From Pedosphaera parvula Ellin514 (lineage in GTDB: Bacteria > Verrucomicrobiota > Verrucomicrobiia > Limisphaerales > JADJPG01), in assembly GCA_943332515.1 (NCBI GenBank), contig CALQPR010000019.1:1803-65802 (forward strand): 64,000 bases of DNA, read 5' to 3'. How positions within the stretch are numbered: position 1 is the first letter of the stretch; every line of letters begins with the position of its first letter. The notes beneath the pieces were generated by a model that worked only from the letters and a program-made list of their open reading frames with translations, was not told the DNA's origin and made no database searches. The translations under genes and the position numbers were made by a program. Shown in pieces: positions 50,747-60,469 of the stretch.

Positions 50747-50774
50747 ACGCGAGGTATGTAGTGAACGCGCGTGA

Positions 50775-53522
50775 TCACCGCATCGCCGTGTCCACGCCCA
50801 TGCCATCCGCGCCGCCGCCGTCGAGATCGATCAGGATGTCGCGAGGTTCCGCACCGTTGCTCGGGCCGACGATCCCGCGGTTCTCAATCTCATCCATGAT
50901 GCGCGCTGCGCGGCCGTAGCCGAGTTTCAAGCGGCGTTGCAGCAGCGACACGCTGGCCTTCTGTTCGCTGCGGATGACTTCGATGCACTGCTCGATCAGT
51001 TCCTCGTCCTCGTCACAGCCGCTCTCGGAAGCGAGGCTGACCGGTTTGGAGAGCTGCTTGTGAATCTCCAGCTCATAGCTGGGCTTGCCCTGCTTGGCGA
51101 TGAAGTCCACGCAGTGCTGAATCTCCTGGTCGGTGATGAGCGCGCCCTGAGCCCGGATAAGCCGCGCGGAACCGGGCGGAAGGTAGAGCATGTCGCCCTT
51201 GCCAAGCAGTTTGTTTGCGCCCTGTCCGTCGAGAATGGTGCGGGAATCCACGGCGGCGGCGACTTGGAACGCGATACGTGCGGGGATGTTGGACTTGATG
51301 ACACCGGTGATGACATCGACGCTCGGGCGCTGCGTGGCAACGATGCAATGGATGCCCGCCGCACGCGCCATCTGCGTGATGCGTGCGATGGCCATTTCGA
51401 CATCGGCCGGCGCGACGAGCATGAGATCCGCGAGCTCGTCGATGATGACGACGATGTAGCTGAGCTTGTCCGGGATGACGATATCATCATCGCGCGGCAC
51501 GACGATCTGCTCGTCCACCTCGACGGCGAATCCATCGGCACCGGCCTCGATCTTCTCCTTCTTCGCCATGAGCGGCAGCTCGGGCTCGGACGGTTTGGGC
51601 GGCTGATTCTTCGGACGTTCGTTGAACGATTTAATGTTCCGCACGTTGACGCGGGCAAAGATCTGGTAGCGCTTCTCCATCTCGTTCACCACCCAGCGCA
51701 GCGCGAGGATGACCTTCTTGGGATCGTTCACCACGGGCACCACGAGATGCGGCAGCGCATTGTACTGCTGAAGCTCGACGATCTTGGGATCAATCATCAC
51801 GAAGCGCAGCTCGTCGGGGCGGAACTTGTAGAGGAGCGACGCGATGATGGAATTGATGCAGACAGATTTGCCGGAGCCAGTGCTGCCGGCGATGAGCAGG
51901 TGCGGCATCTCCGCGAGGTCGGCGATGATCGGATGGCCGTAAACGTCCTTGCCCAGCGCCAGCGGGATGCGGGCCTTGGACTTCTGCCATTCCTCGGATT
52001 CGAGCAGGTCGCGCATGATGACCTTGGTCTTGACGAGGTTCGGCACTTCGATGCCGACGGAGCTCTTGCCCGGAACCGGCGCGAGAATGTTGATGCGCTC
52101 GGCCTTGAGGGCGGCGGCGATGTTGTTGTTGAGATTGACGATCTTTTCGAGCTTCACGCCCGGTGCCGGGTGCAGCTCGTAGCGCGTGATGGTCGGGCCC
52201 TTGGTGATGTCGCCGAGCTGCACATCGATGTCGAACTGCGCCAGCGTCTGCTGCATCAGGCGCGCGTTGGCCATGAGTTCTTCCTTGGACTCGGTGGCCT
52301 TCACGGTCATGTCGGGGTACTGGAGGAAATCCATCGGCGGCAACTGGTAGTTGCCAATCATCGGCGTGGAAGCAACGGCGATGGGTTTCCTCTTCAGCGG
52401 CATGCGGCGGCCCGAGCTGGAATTGTCGTTGAACTTGGGTTCAGCCACCGGAGCAGCAGCCGCGACCTGCTCGATCTTCTCAGCGTCGGAAGCATCTGCG
52501 TCCGCATCGGACTCCGGCTTCTCAGCCAGGCGATTAACGGCTTCGACCGGCTCTTCGACGGCCGACTTGCCCTTCTTCCCGCCGTCGCCGTTCTTGCCGA
52601 GGATGTCGGACGTGGTGGCGGCCTTGATCTCAGTGGCGGAAATCACTTCGCCTTCGATCCCGACCTTCTCAATGACCGGCTCGTCCATGCGGGACTTGCC
52701 CGGCGGCTTGCCTGTCCGGGCGGTAGGCACGCTGAGATCGCGAACAGTCGGAGCCGGGACAGGAAGTCCGTCGGCACCGAGGGCGAACTTCTCCTTTTCC
52801 TTCTCCTTCTCTTTGTCCTTGGGCTTCTCTTTTTCGAGATGCTCCTGGAGCCGCTTCGCCTGCTTGTCGAGATCGCGCGCGCGCTTGGCCAGCACCTTCT
52901 CTTCGGGCGACCAGGACTTCTCGTCGGGCAGCGCCTCTTCCTCCTCGGTCTCTTCGCCTGGCTTCAACACCACGCGACTGCGCAGCCACGGACCGAGCTG
53001 GAAGTTCGTCAGGAAAATCATGCTGATGGCGTAGAGCAGGACGAAGATAATCGTCGCGCCGAGCCGGCCGAACTTCCCGAACAAATACTCGTTCATGAAC
53101 TGGCCGAGGAACCCGCCCGCGCTCGTGGCGCCGATATTGTACTTCAGTGTCGCCAGCTGGGCCGAGTAGAGATCGAACATGCCGAGGCACGTCAGGAAAA
53201 GGACCGCCGCCCAAACCCAGCGATGCTTCAGGTAGCTGAGAAACTCAAAGAGGTAGGCCAGCCCGAAGAGCATGAGCAAAATCGGCATCACGTAGGCGCC
53301 GGCACCGAAGCCTTGGAAGAAAACATTGGCCCCAAACGCGCCGGCCGTTCCGATGAGATTGTGGGTGGTTGGGTTGGGCGGATATTTGTTGGAACTCACG
53401 TCCCCGCGATCGAATGAGAGCTGGGCGACCATCAGCAGCAATGCCGCCGCGATCAGCACAATGCCGACGATGTCGCTGACCCCGCGATGTTGCACGGGCA
53501 TTTTAGAATCCTTCCGAGCCAT
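50775..53522 (-). CDS. ftsK: DNA translocase FtsK
   Basis: 4TM N-terminal domain, PHLLIAGSTGSGKS, IDELADLM, ATQRPSVDV, gamma domain SLLQRRLKLGYGRAAR. Confidence 0.97.
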   Translation of the reverse strand: MARKDSKMPVQHRGVSDIVGIVLIAAALLLMVAQLSFDRGDVSSNKYPPNPTTHNLIGTAGAFGANVFFQGFGAGAYVMPILLMLFGLAYLFEFLSYLKHRWVWAAVLFLTCLGMFDLYSAQLATLKYNIGATSAGGFLGQFMNEYLFGKFGRLGATIIFVLLYAISMIFLTNFQLGPWLRSRVVLKPGEETEEEEALPDEKSWSPEEKVLAKRARDLDKQAKRLQEHLEKEKPKDKEKEKEKEKFALGADGLPVPAPTVRDLSVPTARTGKPPGKSRMDEPVIEKVGIEGEVISATEIKAATTSDILGKNGDGGKKGKSAVEEPVEAVNRLAEKPESDADADASDAEKIEQVAAAAPVAEPKFNDNSSSGRRMPLKRKPIAVASTPMIGNYQLPPMDFLQYPDMTVKATESKEELMANARLMQQTLAQFDIDVQLGDITKGPTITRYELHPAPGVKLEKIVNLNNNIAAALKAERINILAPVPGKSSVGIEVPNLVKTKVIMRDLLESEEWQKSKARIPLALGKDVYGHPIIADLAEMPHLLIAGSTGSGKSVCINSIIASLLYKFRPDELRFVMIDPKIVELQQYNALPHLVVPVVNDPKKVILALRWVVNEMEKRYQIFARVNVRNIKSFNERPKNQPPKPSEPELPLMAKKEKIEAGADGFAVEVDEQIVVPRDDDIVIPDKLSYIVVIIDELADLMLVAPADVEMAIARITQMARAAGIHCIVATQRPSVDVITGVIKSNIPARIAFQVAAAVDSRTILDGQGANKLLGKGDMLYLPPGSARLIRAQGALITDQEIQHCVDFIAKQGKPSYELEIHKQLSKPVSLASESGCDEDEELIEQCIEVIRSEQKASVSLLQRRLKLGYGRAARIMDEIENRGIVGPSNGAEPRDILIDLDGGGADGMGVDTAMR

Positions 53523-53529
53523 GCCAGCG

Positions 53530-53557
53530 AGACTAGGTTTGCGCGCCCAAAGTTCAA
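53530..53557 (-). promoter_or_regulatory. Putative sigma70 promoter for ftsK, leaderless geometry
   Basis: TTGAAC-16-TAGTCT, 7 nt before ATG. Confidence 0.5.
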
Positions 53558-53675
53558 TTCAGAAGTAAGAAGGGCGCGAATGACTTGGTATCAGGGATTC
53601 GACGGAGAAGGGGTTTCGTAATGATTTGCCCGGACGCCGGACCGCTCCTAATCTCCGCAGCAACATCTCAACATC

Positions 53676-54638
53676 ATGAAAGTCGGAGTCTTCACTGTCA
53701 TTCTCGGGTCCAGAACGCTGGACGCCACCCTCGATTATCTCGCCGGTCTTGGCGTGCAGGCCGTGGAACTCGGCGCGGGCGGCTACGCTGGCACGAGCCA
53801 TTGTCCAGTCGATGAACTGCTGGCGAGCAACCGCAAGGCGAAGGAGTTCGTGCAGGCCATTCGTTCGCGCGGGCTGCAAATCTCCGCGCTTACTTGTGCG
53901 GGCAACAACATTCATCCGCAGAAGAAGCTCGCCGCGTCGTTCGACCGCGATTTCCAGAAGGCCGTCCGGCTGGCCAACAAGTTGGAAGTCGAAGTAGTCA
54001 TTACCTTCGGCGGCTGCCCTGGCGGCGCGCCGGGCGATAAGAGCCCGAACTGGGTGACCTGCCCGTGGCCGCCGGACTACTTGGAGATCCTCGACTACCA
54101 ATGGAACAAGGTCGTCATCCCGTACTGGCAGAAAGCCGCACGCTTGCTGCTGGCCAATGGCGTGAAGGTCGGTCTCGAAATGCATCCGGGCTTCGTTGTT
54201 TACAACCCGGAGACATTGCTGCGGCTGCGCGACGCGGTCGGGCCAATGATTGGCGCGAACTTCGATCCGTCGCATCTCTTCTGGCAGGGCATCGATCCGT
54301 GCGCCGCAGTGCGTGCGCTCAAGGGCGCGATCTGGCATTGCCACGCGAAGGACACGGCGGTTCATGAGTGGAACTCGACGGTGAACGGCACGCTCGACAC
54401 GAAGCACTACAGCGATGAGCTGAATCGCTCGTGGATTTTCCGCACCGTGGGCTACGGGCATCCGCGCCATTTCTGGTGCGACTTCGTTTCTACGCTGCGC
54501 ATGTGCGGCTACGACGGCGTGCTCTCGATGGAGCACGAGGACAGCCTGATGACGGCGCGCGAAGGCTTGGAGAAGGGCGTGCGCTTCCTGCAAAGCATCG
54601 TGCTCTCGGAAGCCAAAGGCGAAGTCACGTGGGCGTGA
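53676..54638 (+). CDS. Sugar phosphate isomerase/epimerase (TIM barrel)
   Basis: LEMHPG, NFDPSHLFWQG, HCHAKD, SMEHED. Confidence 0.9.
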   Translation: MKVGVFTVILGSRTLDATLDYLAGLGVQAVELGAGGYAGTSHCPVDELLASNRKAKEFVQAIRSRGLQISALTCAGNNIHPQKKLAASFDRDFQKAVRLANKLEVEVVITFGGCPGGAPGDKSPNWVTCPWPPDYLEILDYQWNKVVIPYWQKAARLLLANGVKVGLEMHPGFVVYNPETLLRLRDAVGPMIGANFDPSHLFWQGIDPCAAVRALKGAIWHCHAKDTAVHEWNSTVNGTLDTKHYSDELNRSWIFRTVGYGHPRHFWCDFVSTLRMCGYDGVLSMEHEDSLMTAREGLEKGVRFLQSIVLSEAKGEVTWA

Positions 54639-54668
54639 TTGGCTTCCTGATCGCCCACCACCAAATTT

Positions 54669-55478
54669 ATGCCTGAGTTTTTCGACACCCACGCGCATCT
54701 CGACTTCCCCGACTTCGCAGCAGACGTGCCGCAGCTCGTCGAGCGCGCGAAGGCCGCCGGGATCACGCGCATCATCAGCATCGGCACAGACCTGGAGAGC
54801 AGCGCGAAGGCGATCGCGTTCAGCGAACAGTTCGACTGCGTCTATGCCGTCGCGGGCTGGCATCCGAATGACGTGCTCGCCGCGCCGGACGACATCCGGC
54901 CTCAGCTCCGCGAGCTGGCGAAGCATCCGAAGGTGGTGGCCATCGGCGAGACGGGCCTGGATTACTACCGGCTGCCGAGCCACAAGGAAGGCGGGACCGT
55001 GGAGCAGGACGAGGTTTTCAAGCGCAAGCAGGCGCTCATCTTTCAACAGCAGCTCGAAGTCGCCGCAGAGCTCGGCTTGAACTGCATGATTCACCAACGC
55101 AGCGCCTTCGCCGACACCGTCGCGTTGATGGAGCCATTCGTCGGACGCGTGCGCGGGCAGTTCCATTGCTTCGTGGATGGCGTCGCGGAAATGCAGCGCG
55201 TCCTCCAATTGGGGTCAGTCCTGAGTTTCACCGGAATTCTAACCTTCAAGAACGCTCAGAACATCCGCGGCACGCTGGCAGCCACGCCGCTCGGGAAGTT
55301 CATGCTGGAGACGGATAGCCCCTTCCTCGCGCCGGTGCCGTATCGCGGCAAACGCTGCGAGCCGGCTTACGTGAAGGAACTTTCGGAAGCCGTCGCGCAG
55401 TTGAGGGGCTGTTCCCTCGAGGAACTCAGCGCAGCGACGTGCTCGCTGGCGCGCGAGTTCTTCCCGAAGCTGAAGTAG
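54669..55478 (+). CDS. tatD: TatD family hydrolase/nuclease
   Basis: DTHAHL, GWHP, AIGETGLDYY, HCF, LETDSPFLAP. Confidence 0.92.
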   Translation: MPEFFDTHAHLDFPDFAADVPQLVERAKAAGITRIISIGTDLESSAKAIAFSEQFDCVYAVAGWHPNDVLAAPDDIRPQLRELAKHPKVVAIGETGLDYYRLPSHKEGGTVEQDEVFKRKQALIFQQQLEVAAELGLNCMIHQRSAFADTVALMEPFVGRVRGQFHCFVDGVAEMQRVLQLGSVLSFTGILTFKNAQNIRGTLAATPLGKFMLETDSPFLAPVPYRGKRCEPAYVKELSEAVAQLRGCSLEELSAATCSLAREFFPKLK

Positions 55479-55484
55479 GGAGTT

Positions 55485-55787
55485 TCAGCATTGGCTGTTC
55501 AGCTTGGCGGCGACCGCTTCGGCGGTCATGCGCTGGATCAAAATCTGTTTATGACGCGAGGTGTTCCCGCGCAGCAACTGAATGGAGCCGCGTGGGCAAT
55601 CGAGCGTCTCGGCGAGGAACCGCAGCACGGCTTCGTTGGCCGCCGAGTCCACGGGTGGAGCAGTCACCTTGAGTTTCAACTCGCTGCCCAGCGCTTCGCC
55701 AATCTCGTTCTTCGAGGCGCGCGGCTGAACTTTCAGCGAGAGACAGACGCCATCGGCATGCGGTTTGAGATAGGGAGGCAGGGCCAT
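55485..55787 (-). CDS. DUF167 (YggU) family protein
   Basis: KVQPRASK, APPVDSAAN, GNTSRHK. Confidence 0.9.
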   Translation of the reverse strand: MALPPYLKPHADGVCLSLKVQPRASKNEIGEALGSELKLKVTAPPVDSAANEAVLRFLAETLDCPRGSIQLLRGNTSRHKQILIQRMTAEAVAAKLNSQC

Positions 55788-55805
55788 GTCAGCAGGAATG
55801 GTTCG

Positions 55806-58121
55806 CTACGGTGCGAGCGTGTGGCCGACGGTGGGCTTGACTGATCGACTGGACTCGAACGTCTCGGCCTCCGTCTGCCACGGAACTTCGTAGATCTTCA
55901 CGGGCGCACGGAAGCCTTTCACAGTCGCTGGCTCCAGCTCGCGGCAGGTCGCGGCCAAAACAGGATCGTCATTCAGGAGCGCGCGATACGTCGCTTCACC
56001 AATCACGATGCGGCCGCGTCCCGACAATCCTTCCAATCGCGAGGCCAGGTTTACTTCGCGCCCGAACACCGTGTAGTTAACCGTGTGCTGCTGGGAACCC
56101 ATCAGGCCGACGGTGACGACGCCGGTATTAATACCGCTGCCCATCGCGAGAAGTTTGAGCTGTGACAATGGCGGCTGGCCGAGCCTGGCGCGCTCAATGT
56201 TGTCTTGCTCACGGCGACGGTTCTCCACCGCGCGCTCGCGGTTGAGCTGCTCGATGGCGCGCTGGGAATCGATCGCGGCACGCACACAGCCGAGGGCGTG
56301 TTTCGGCACCGGAGTCGGCGCGTTCCAGAAGGCCATCACGCAGTCGCCGATGTATTTATCCAGCGTGCCCTCGTGCTTTTTCACGGTATCCGCGATGGTG
56401 CCGAGGTAGAGGTTCACGGTCTGGAGAACTTCGCCGGCCTGTTGATCGAAGTAAGCCTCGGCGTCGATTCCAGCGAGCTTGTGGTCGCGAACAAACTCCT
56501 CGGCCTGCGCGTGGTTCTCATCCGTCATCTCGGTGAACCCGCGAACATCGGAGAAGAAGACCGTGACTTCGCGCCGCGCTCCATCCAACGACAGTTTCTC
56601 GGCCTTGAGCAGTTCGGTGACGACGTTGGGCGAAACGATCTTGGCGAAGATGCTGCGGATGCGCCGGCGCTCGCGTTGCTCGAAGACGGCGCGATAGCTG
56701 ATGAGCGTGGAGTGCGTGGCGAAGAGCGTGGCGGTGGGCAGCACCAGCGGCAGCCAATAGCGCACTTCCGTGTAGAGATAGAGCGACGCGCTCACATAAA
56801 CGACCGCAATGACGACCACGCAAATCGCGGAGCTTACCGCGCGCAGGTTCCAAGTGAGGATGCCGGTGATGATGCCGAGTGAAAGAATGATGTAGATCTC
56901 AGTCGCGAAATCCGGCTGACGGATGAAGCGATCGATGATGAGCGAGTTGGCGGTGTTCCAGTAACGGCTCGTGAGATGGGTGCCATTCTTCAGCGGTGTT
57001 GCGCCGTAGTCCTTCAGGTCGTTGCCCGAGGTGACGGAGCCGATGATGGCGATCTTGTCGTGCCAGAAGCGGGAGAGCTGGTTCGTCTCGCCGCGCTCGC
57101 GCCGGAACTGGCGTTCCAGCAGGCTGTGCACAGATTCCTTGCGGACCCGTCGATCGTCGGAGGTCAGGCTCCAATCAATGTAGAACCGGCCCTCAGTATC
57201 AATCGGGATGATGCGTTCAGCGCCGAGCGCACCGCGCAGCACTATCTGCCGGCCCGGCTCCACGATGGCGTTGGTGAGTTCGAGCTTGAGATAACGCGCG
57301 GCGGCGGTGAGCCCCAGGTCCCACACGCGCTGGCGGGTGAAAGCCTTCGACGTGCGAACAACGCCCTCGGGAATCTTCGTGCCCTGACCCAGCTCCAGCA
57401 GCGTCGCCAGCTCGAAGGTGCCATCGGATGCAATGGGGATTCGAGTCTTCTGATTTTCGGGTCCGGCAAAGATCAGCTCGTTCGTGTTGTAGAGGAAGTC
57501 GTCGAACGTGGAGTAGGCCTGAAGAATGGCGGGATGCCAGAGGATGTAGTCTTCAAACGCCTTGGCGCGACGCAGGATTCCGTCGAGATCAAGTACCGCA
57601 GCGATATCGCCCAGCGCTGCGGCACTGCGGCGAAAGCTGGCGGGCGGGATGGTTTCCGGGAGCGAAGCGAGGACAACGTTGCCCGCGCGCTGGAGCTGGT
57701 TCGTAAAGTAGTGGTCGGAGGCGATCGTGGAGCCATCAAGGAGCGTCACGTCGGGATGATCCGGCCGCAGATCCGGGAACAGAACATCGAACGCAATGGC
57801 TTCCGCACCTTGCGCCGCGAGCTCCTGCACGATGCGGCCATAGACGTGACGCGGCCAGTAGAGCCCGTGGACGTAACCAAGCCGACCGTCTTTTACGCGC
57901 TGGATCGTCTCGTCGTTGATGAAAACGAAACCGAGATTCGGCGCACAGGCATAAGGGCTGTTGGTCGCCTGCTTCACCCGCCAGTCGTAGGTCATCCATT
58001 CGAGCCGGCGGGCAAACAGGAAGTTCTCATCACGGTTGGTCAGCGTTAGCAGGAGGGACATCAATCCGGCGACCGCGCAGCAGAGCAGCACGGGGATGAG
58101 TTTGCCGGATTTGAACGTCAC
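55806..58121 (-). CDS. CHASE2-domain class III adenylate/guanylate cyclase
   Basis: WPR, IAFDVLF, DGILRR CHASE2 motifs; TM helices; FSDVRGFT, DKYIGDCVMAFWNAP, VNLASRLEG. Confidence 0.93.
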   Translation of the reverse strand: MTFKSGKLIPVLLCCAVAGLMSLLLTLTNRDENFLFARRLEWMTYDWRVKQATNSPYACAPNLGFVFINDETIQRVKDGRLGYVHGLYWPRHVYGRIVQELAAQGAEAIAFDVLFPDLRPDHPDVTLLDGSTIASDHYFTNQLQRAGNVVLASLPETIPPASFRRSAAALGDIAAVLDLDGILRRAKAFEDYILWHPAILQAYSTFDDFLYNTNELIFAGPENQKTRIPIASDGTFELATLLELGQGTKIPEGVVRTSKAFTRQRVWDLGLTAAARYLKLELTNAIVEPGRQIVLRGALGAERIIPIDTEGRFYIDWSLTSDDRRVRKESVHSLLERQFRRERGETNQLSRFWHDKIAIIGSVTSGNDLKDYGATPLKNGTHLTSRYWNTANSLIIDRFIRQPDFATEIYIILSLGIITGILTWNLRAVSSAICVVVIAVVYVSASLYLYTEVRYWLPLVLPTATLFATHSTLISYRAVFEQRERRRIRSIFAKIVSPNVVTELLKAEKLSLDGARREVTVFFSDVRGFTEMTDENHAQAEEFVRDHKLAGIDAEAYFDQQAGEVLQTVNLYLGTIADTVKKHEGTLDKYIGDCVMAFWNAPTPVPKHALGCVRAAIDSQRAIEQLNRERAVENRRREQDNIERARLGQPPLSQLKLLAMGSGINTGVVTVGLMGSQQHTVNYTVFGREVNLASRLEGLSGRGRIVIGEATYRALLNDDPVLAATCRELEPATVKGFRAPVKIYEVPWQTEAETFESSRSVKPTVGHTLAP

Positions 58122-58218
58122 GTCGCGACCGTAAACGAAAGGACGGATTCAAGACAAGAACACTGAGGAGAGGCGGGCCGGGGGCGGGATTGAAAGAGGA
58201 GGGCGTGTTTCAGTTCCG

Positions 58219-58324
58219 ACTCATAATCCTAATCTTACTCTTACTCGTAATCCCGTTCCATGGCCGGGAGGGGATTGGGATTAAGATTAGGATTAGGATT
58301 ACGAGCAGGAGTAGAAAATGGGAG
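58219..58324. repeat. Hexamer-periodic inverted element
   Basis: ctcataatcctaatcttactcttactcgtaatc ... gattgggattaagattaggattaggattacgagcaggagtag. Confidence 0.85.
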
Positions 58325-58347
58325 CCAGACCTGAACCCTCGGACCTG

Positions 58348-59088
58348 TCAGTGGTTGGTCAAAACCGGCTCCGTCGGCTGCGTGTTCCGTTTCGGCGGCG
58401 GGAACGATTTCGGCGTCGCCGTCTTTGTCACGGATTCCACCTGCGCCACGGCGACTTGAACCACGGCGGGCGGAGCGTCCTTGACCCCTTCCTCGACTGT
58501 GAAGGAAACCGCCGGAGGCGCCTTGAGCGTATGAGTGGTGACCTGGCCATTCGGCTTGGCGTGAACGAAAACGAGGGTGCCCTCGAGCAAAACAATCGGC
58601 GGCTTCGTGCTGCCCGGGCGCGAGTTGAAGCTGCCCTTGGTCCCGCGAATGCCGGCGACACCCGTGGGCATCTTGATCTCGTAACGCGACGCCTTGGAGA
58701 GCTTGTTGACGTTGAAATACATCTCGCCGTCGGGCAGGTCCAACTGCACTTCCACCTTCTTGTCCGCACCAGTTTCCGTGATCTTCAGCGAATCCAGGCT
58801 GAGCGTGGAACTCTCAGCGATCCGAATAACCCCGGCACTGGCGCCCAGGAACAGATCGACGACCGAGTTCGTCCCGGTGGTGATCGTGGCTCCGGAGCCG
58901 AGGATGGTGCCAACCTTGAGCGGCCTGGGCAGAACGTCGTTCGTGGACCAAAGCGCCATTCCCTTGACGGAGCGCACCTCGGCACGACCGGGAGTGGTTT
59001 GCGCCAGCGACGAGGAAGCGACTCCAAGCAACGCGAACAAAATGATCAGGGGAACCATTCTGCTGGCAGAAACTCGCACACAATTCAT
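58348..59088 (-). CDS. Secreted FecR-domain protein
   Basis: Signal peptide; ITTGTNSVVDL, EIKMPTGVAGIRGT, LLEGTL. Confidence 0.8.
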   Translation of the reverse strand: MNCVRVSASRMVPLIILFALLGVASSSLAQTTPGRAEVRSVKGMALWSTNDVLPRPLKVGTILGSGATITTGTNSVVDLFLGASAGVIRIAESSTLSLDSLKITETGADKKVEVQLDLPDGEMYFNVNKLSKASRYEIKMPTGVAGIRGTKGSFNSRPGSTKPPIVLLEGTLVFVHAKPNGQVTTHTLKAPPAVSFTVEEGVKDAPPAVVQVAVAQVESVTKTATPKSFPPPKRNTQPTEPVLTNH

Positions 59089-59195
59089 AGGGCTGACACG
59101 TCGTCCTGACTGTTGTTTGGTGACGCCCGAAGTTAATTTTCCAGAACTCAAAGTCAAAGCATTAGGAGCCAACCCGCAATCCATGCGAGCCATCG

Positions 59196-60338
59196 TCACG
59201 CTGTCTTCTTGTAGATTGGCTTCGGCACAATGATGGCTGGTGAACGCTTCCCGCGAATCTCGATCTCAATGATCGTTCCCGCCTTCGCGAGCTCCGTCGG
59301 AACGTAGCCGAGTCCGATGCCGACTCCGAGCGACGGGCTTTGCGTTCCGCTGACCACGTCACCGATCTTTGCCGCCGTGGGGCCGCTGCTCCAGATCGCG
59401 TAATGCGGCCGGGGCGGCGCGGACTTCTCCGTCATCTTGAACGCCACACATTTCTTCGCGGTGCCATTCGCCTTTTGCTCCGCCAGCACGCTGCGGCCGG
59501 TGAACTCGCCCTTGTCGAGCGCCACGAAGAAGCCAACGCCCGCTTCGATCGGCGTCGTGTTCTCATCCAGCTCGTGACCGTAAAGCGGGTAGCAGACTTC
59601 GGTGCGCAACGTGTCGCGCGCGCCGAGCCCGGCGGGCTGGAGGCAATGCGCGTGGCCGACCGCGAGCAGCTTGTTCCAAATCTCTTCGATCAACTCCGCC
59701 GGCGCGATGATCTCGAAGCCATCTTCGCCGGTGTAGCCCGTGCAACCGATGTAAACGGTCTTGCCGCCATACGTCGTCACCACGACCTCGTTCTTCTTCA
59801 GCTCGCTCGCCTTGGAAACTTTCGCGCCGCCGATGAACGGGCCGGACAGGCATTGGTCGATGAACTCGCGCACCTTCGGACCTTGCAACGCGACCGCGCC
59901 GGTCTCTTCGGAAATGTTCTTCAACTGCACCTGCGCCCGGTGCGGCGAGGCGGCGAGCTGCTGCTCGAGCCACGGCACGTCGTTGTCGATGCGCGACGCG
60001 TTGATGATGAGCAGGAACTCCTGTTCGGCGATGCGATAGGCGTAAAGATCGTCGATCACGCCGCCGCACTCGTTGCACATCAGCGTGTATTGGCCCTGGC
60101 CGACCGCGAGCTTGCGCGCATCGTTCGTGAGCGTGGCGTTGAGGAACTCCAGCGCGCCGGCGCCGCTCACGAGCACTTCACCCATGTGCGAGATGTCGAA
60201 GAGCCCGCCCGCCTTCCGCACGGCGAGATGCTCGTCCATGATGCTGGAATACTGGACCGGCATTTCCCAGCCGCCGAATTCGATGAGCTTGCCGCCGAGC
60301 CGCTGGTGCGCGGCGAAAAGTGGTGTTCGTTTCAACAT
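59196..60338 (-). CDS. gcvT: Glycine cleavage system aminomethyltransferase T
   Basis: FGGWEMPVQY, FDISHMG, TGYTGEDGFE, GLGARDTLR.E..YPLYGHEL. Confidence 0.96.
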   Translation of the reverse strand: MLKRTPLFAAHQRLGGKLIEFGGWEMPVQYSSIMDEHLAVRKAGGLFDISHMGEVLVSGAGALEFLNATLTNDARKLAVGQGQYTLMCNECGGVIDDLYAYRIAEQEFLLIINASRIDNDVPWLEQQLAASPHRAQVQLKNISEETGAVALQGPKVREFIDQCLSGPFIGGAKVSKASELKKNEVVVTTYGGKTVYIGCTGYTGEDGFEIIAPAELIEEIWNKLLAVGHAHCLQPAGLGARDTLRTEVCYPLYGHELDENTTPIEAGVGFFVALDKGEFTGRSVLAEQKANGTAKKCVAFKMTEKSAPPRPHYAIWSSGPTAAKIGDVVSGTQSPSLGVGIGLGYVPTELAKAGTIIEIEIRGKRSPAIIVPKPIYKKTA

Positions 60339-60469
60339 ATTCAAGGCGGGCCACGCTAACAGCTCGCGTCATCGCGTCAATGCTGCGGCGATGAACTCTC
60401 TGTTTGCCATCATCAGGAGCCCTGTTTAGCTTCGCCCGAAATCAACAGTTACAACGCTGCATCAATCCT

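Noticed and set aside
52785-52835. KEKEKEKEK tract in FtsK
   Set aside because: Ordinary low-complexity linker sequence
50937-53417. 826-aa ORF antisense to ftsK, and similar long antisense ORFs over uvrA, ctpA, the HYR gene and the kinase
   Set aside because: Typical shadow ORFs of GC-rich coding sequence; no motifs, and the opposite strand encodes clear families
58190-58459. 89-aa ORF with LIILILLLLVI and IKIRIRI stretches
   Set aside because: Translation artefact of the hexamer inverted repeat
60339-60469. Glycine riboswitch upstream of gcvT
   Set aside because: The region is short, shared with a divergent gene, and has no aptamer motifs
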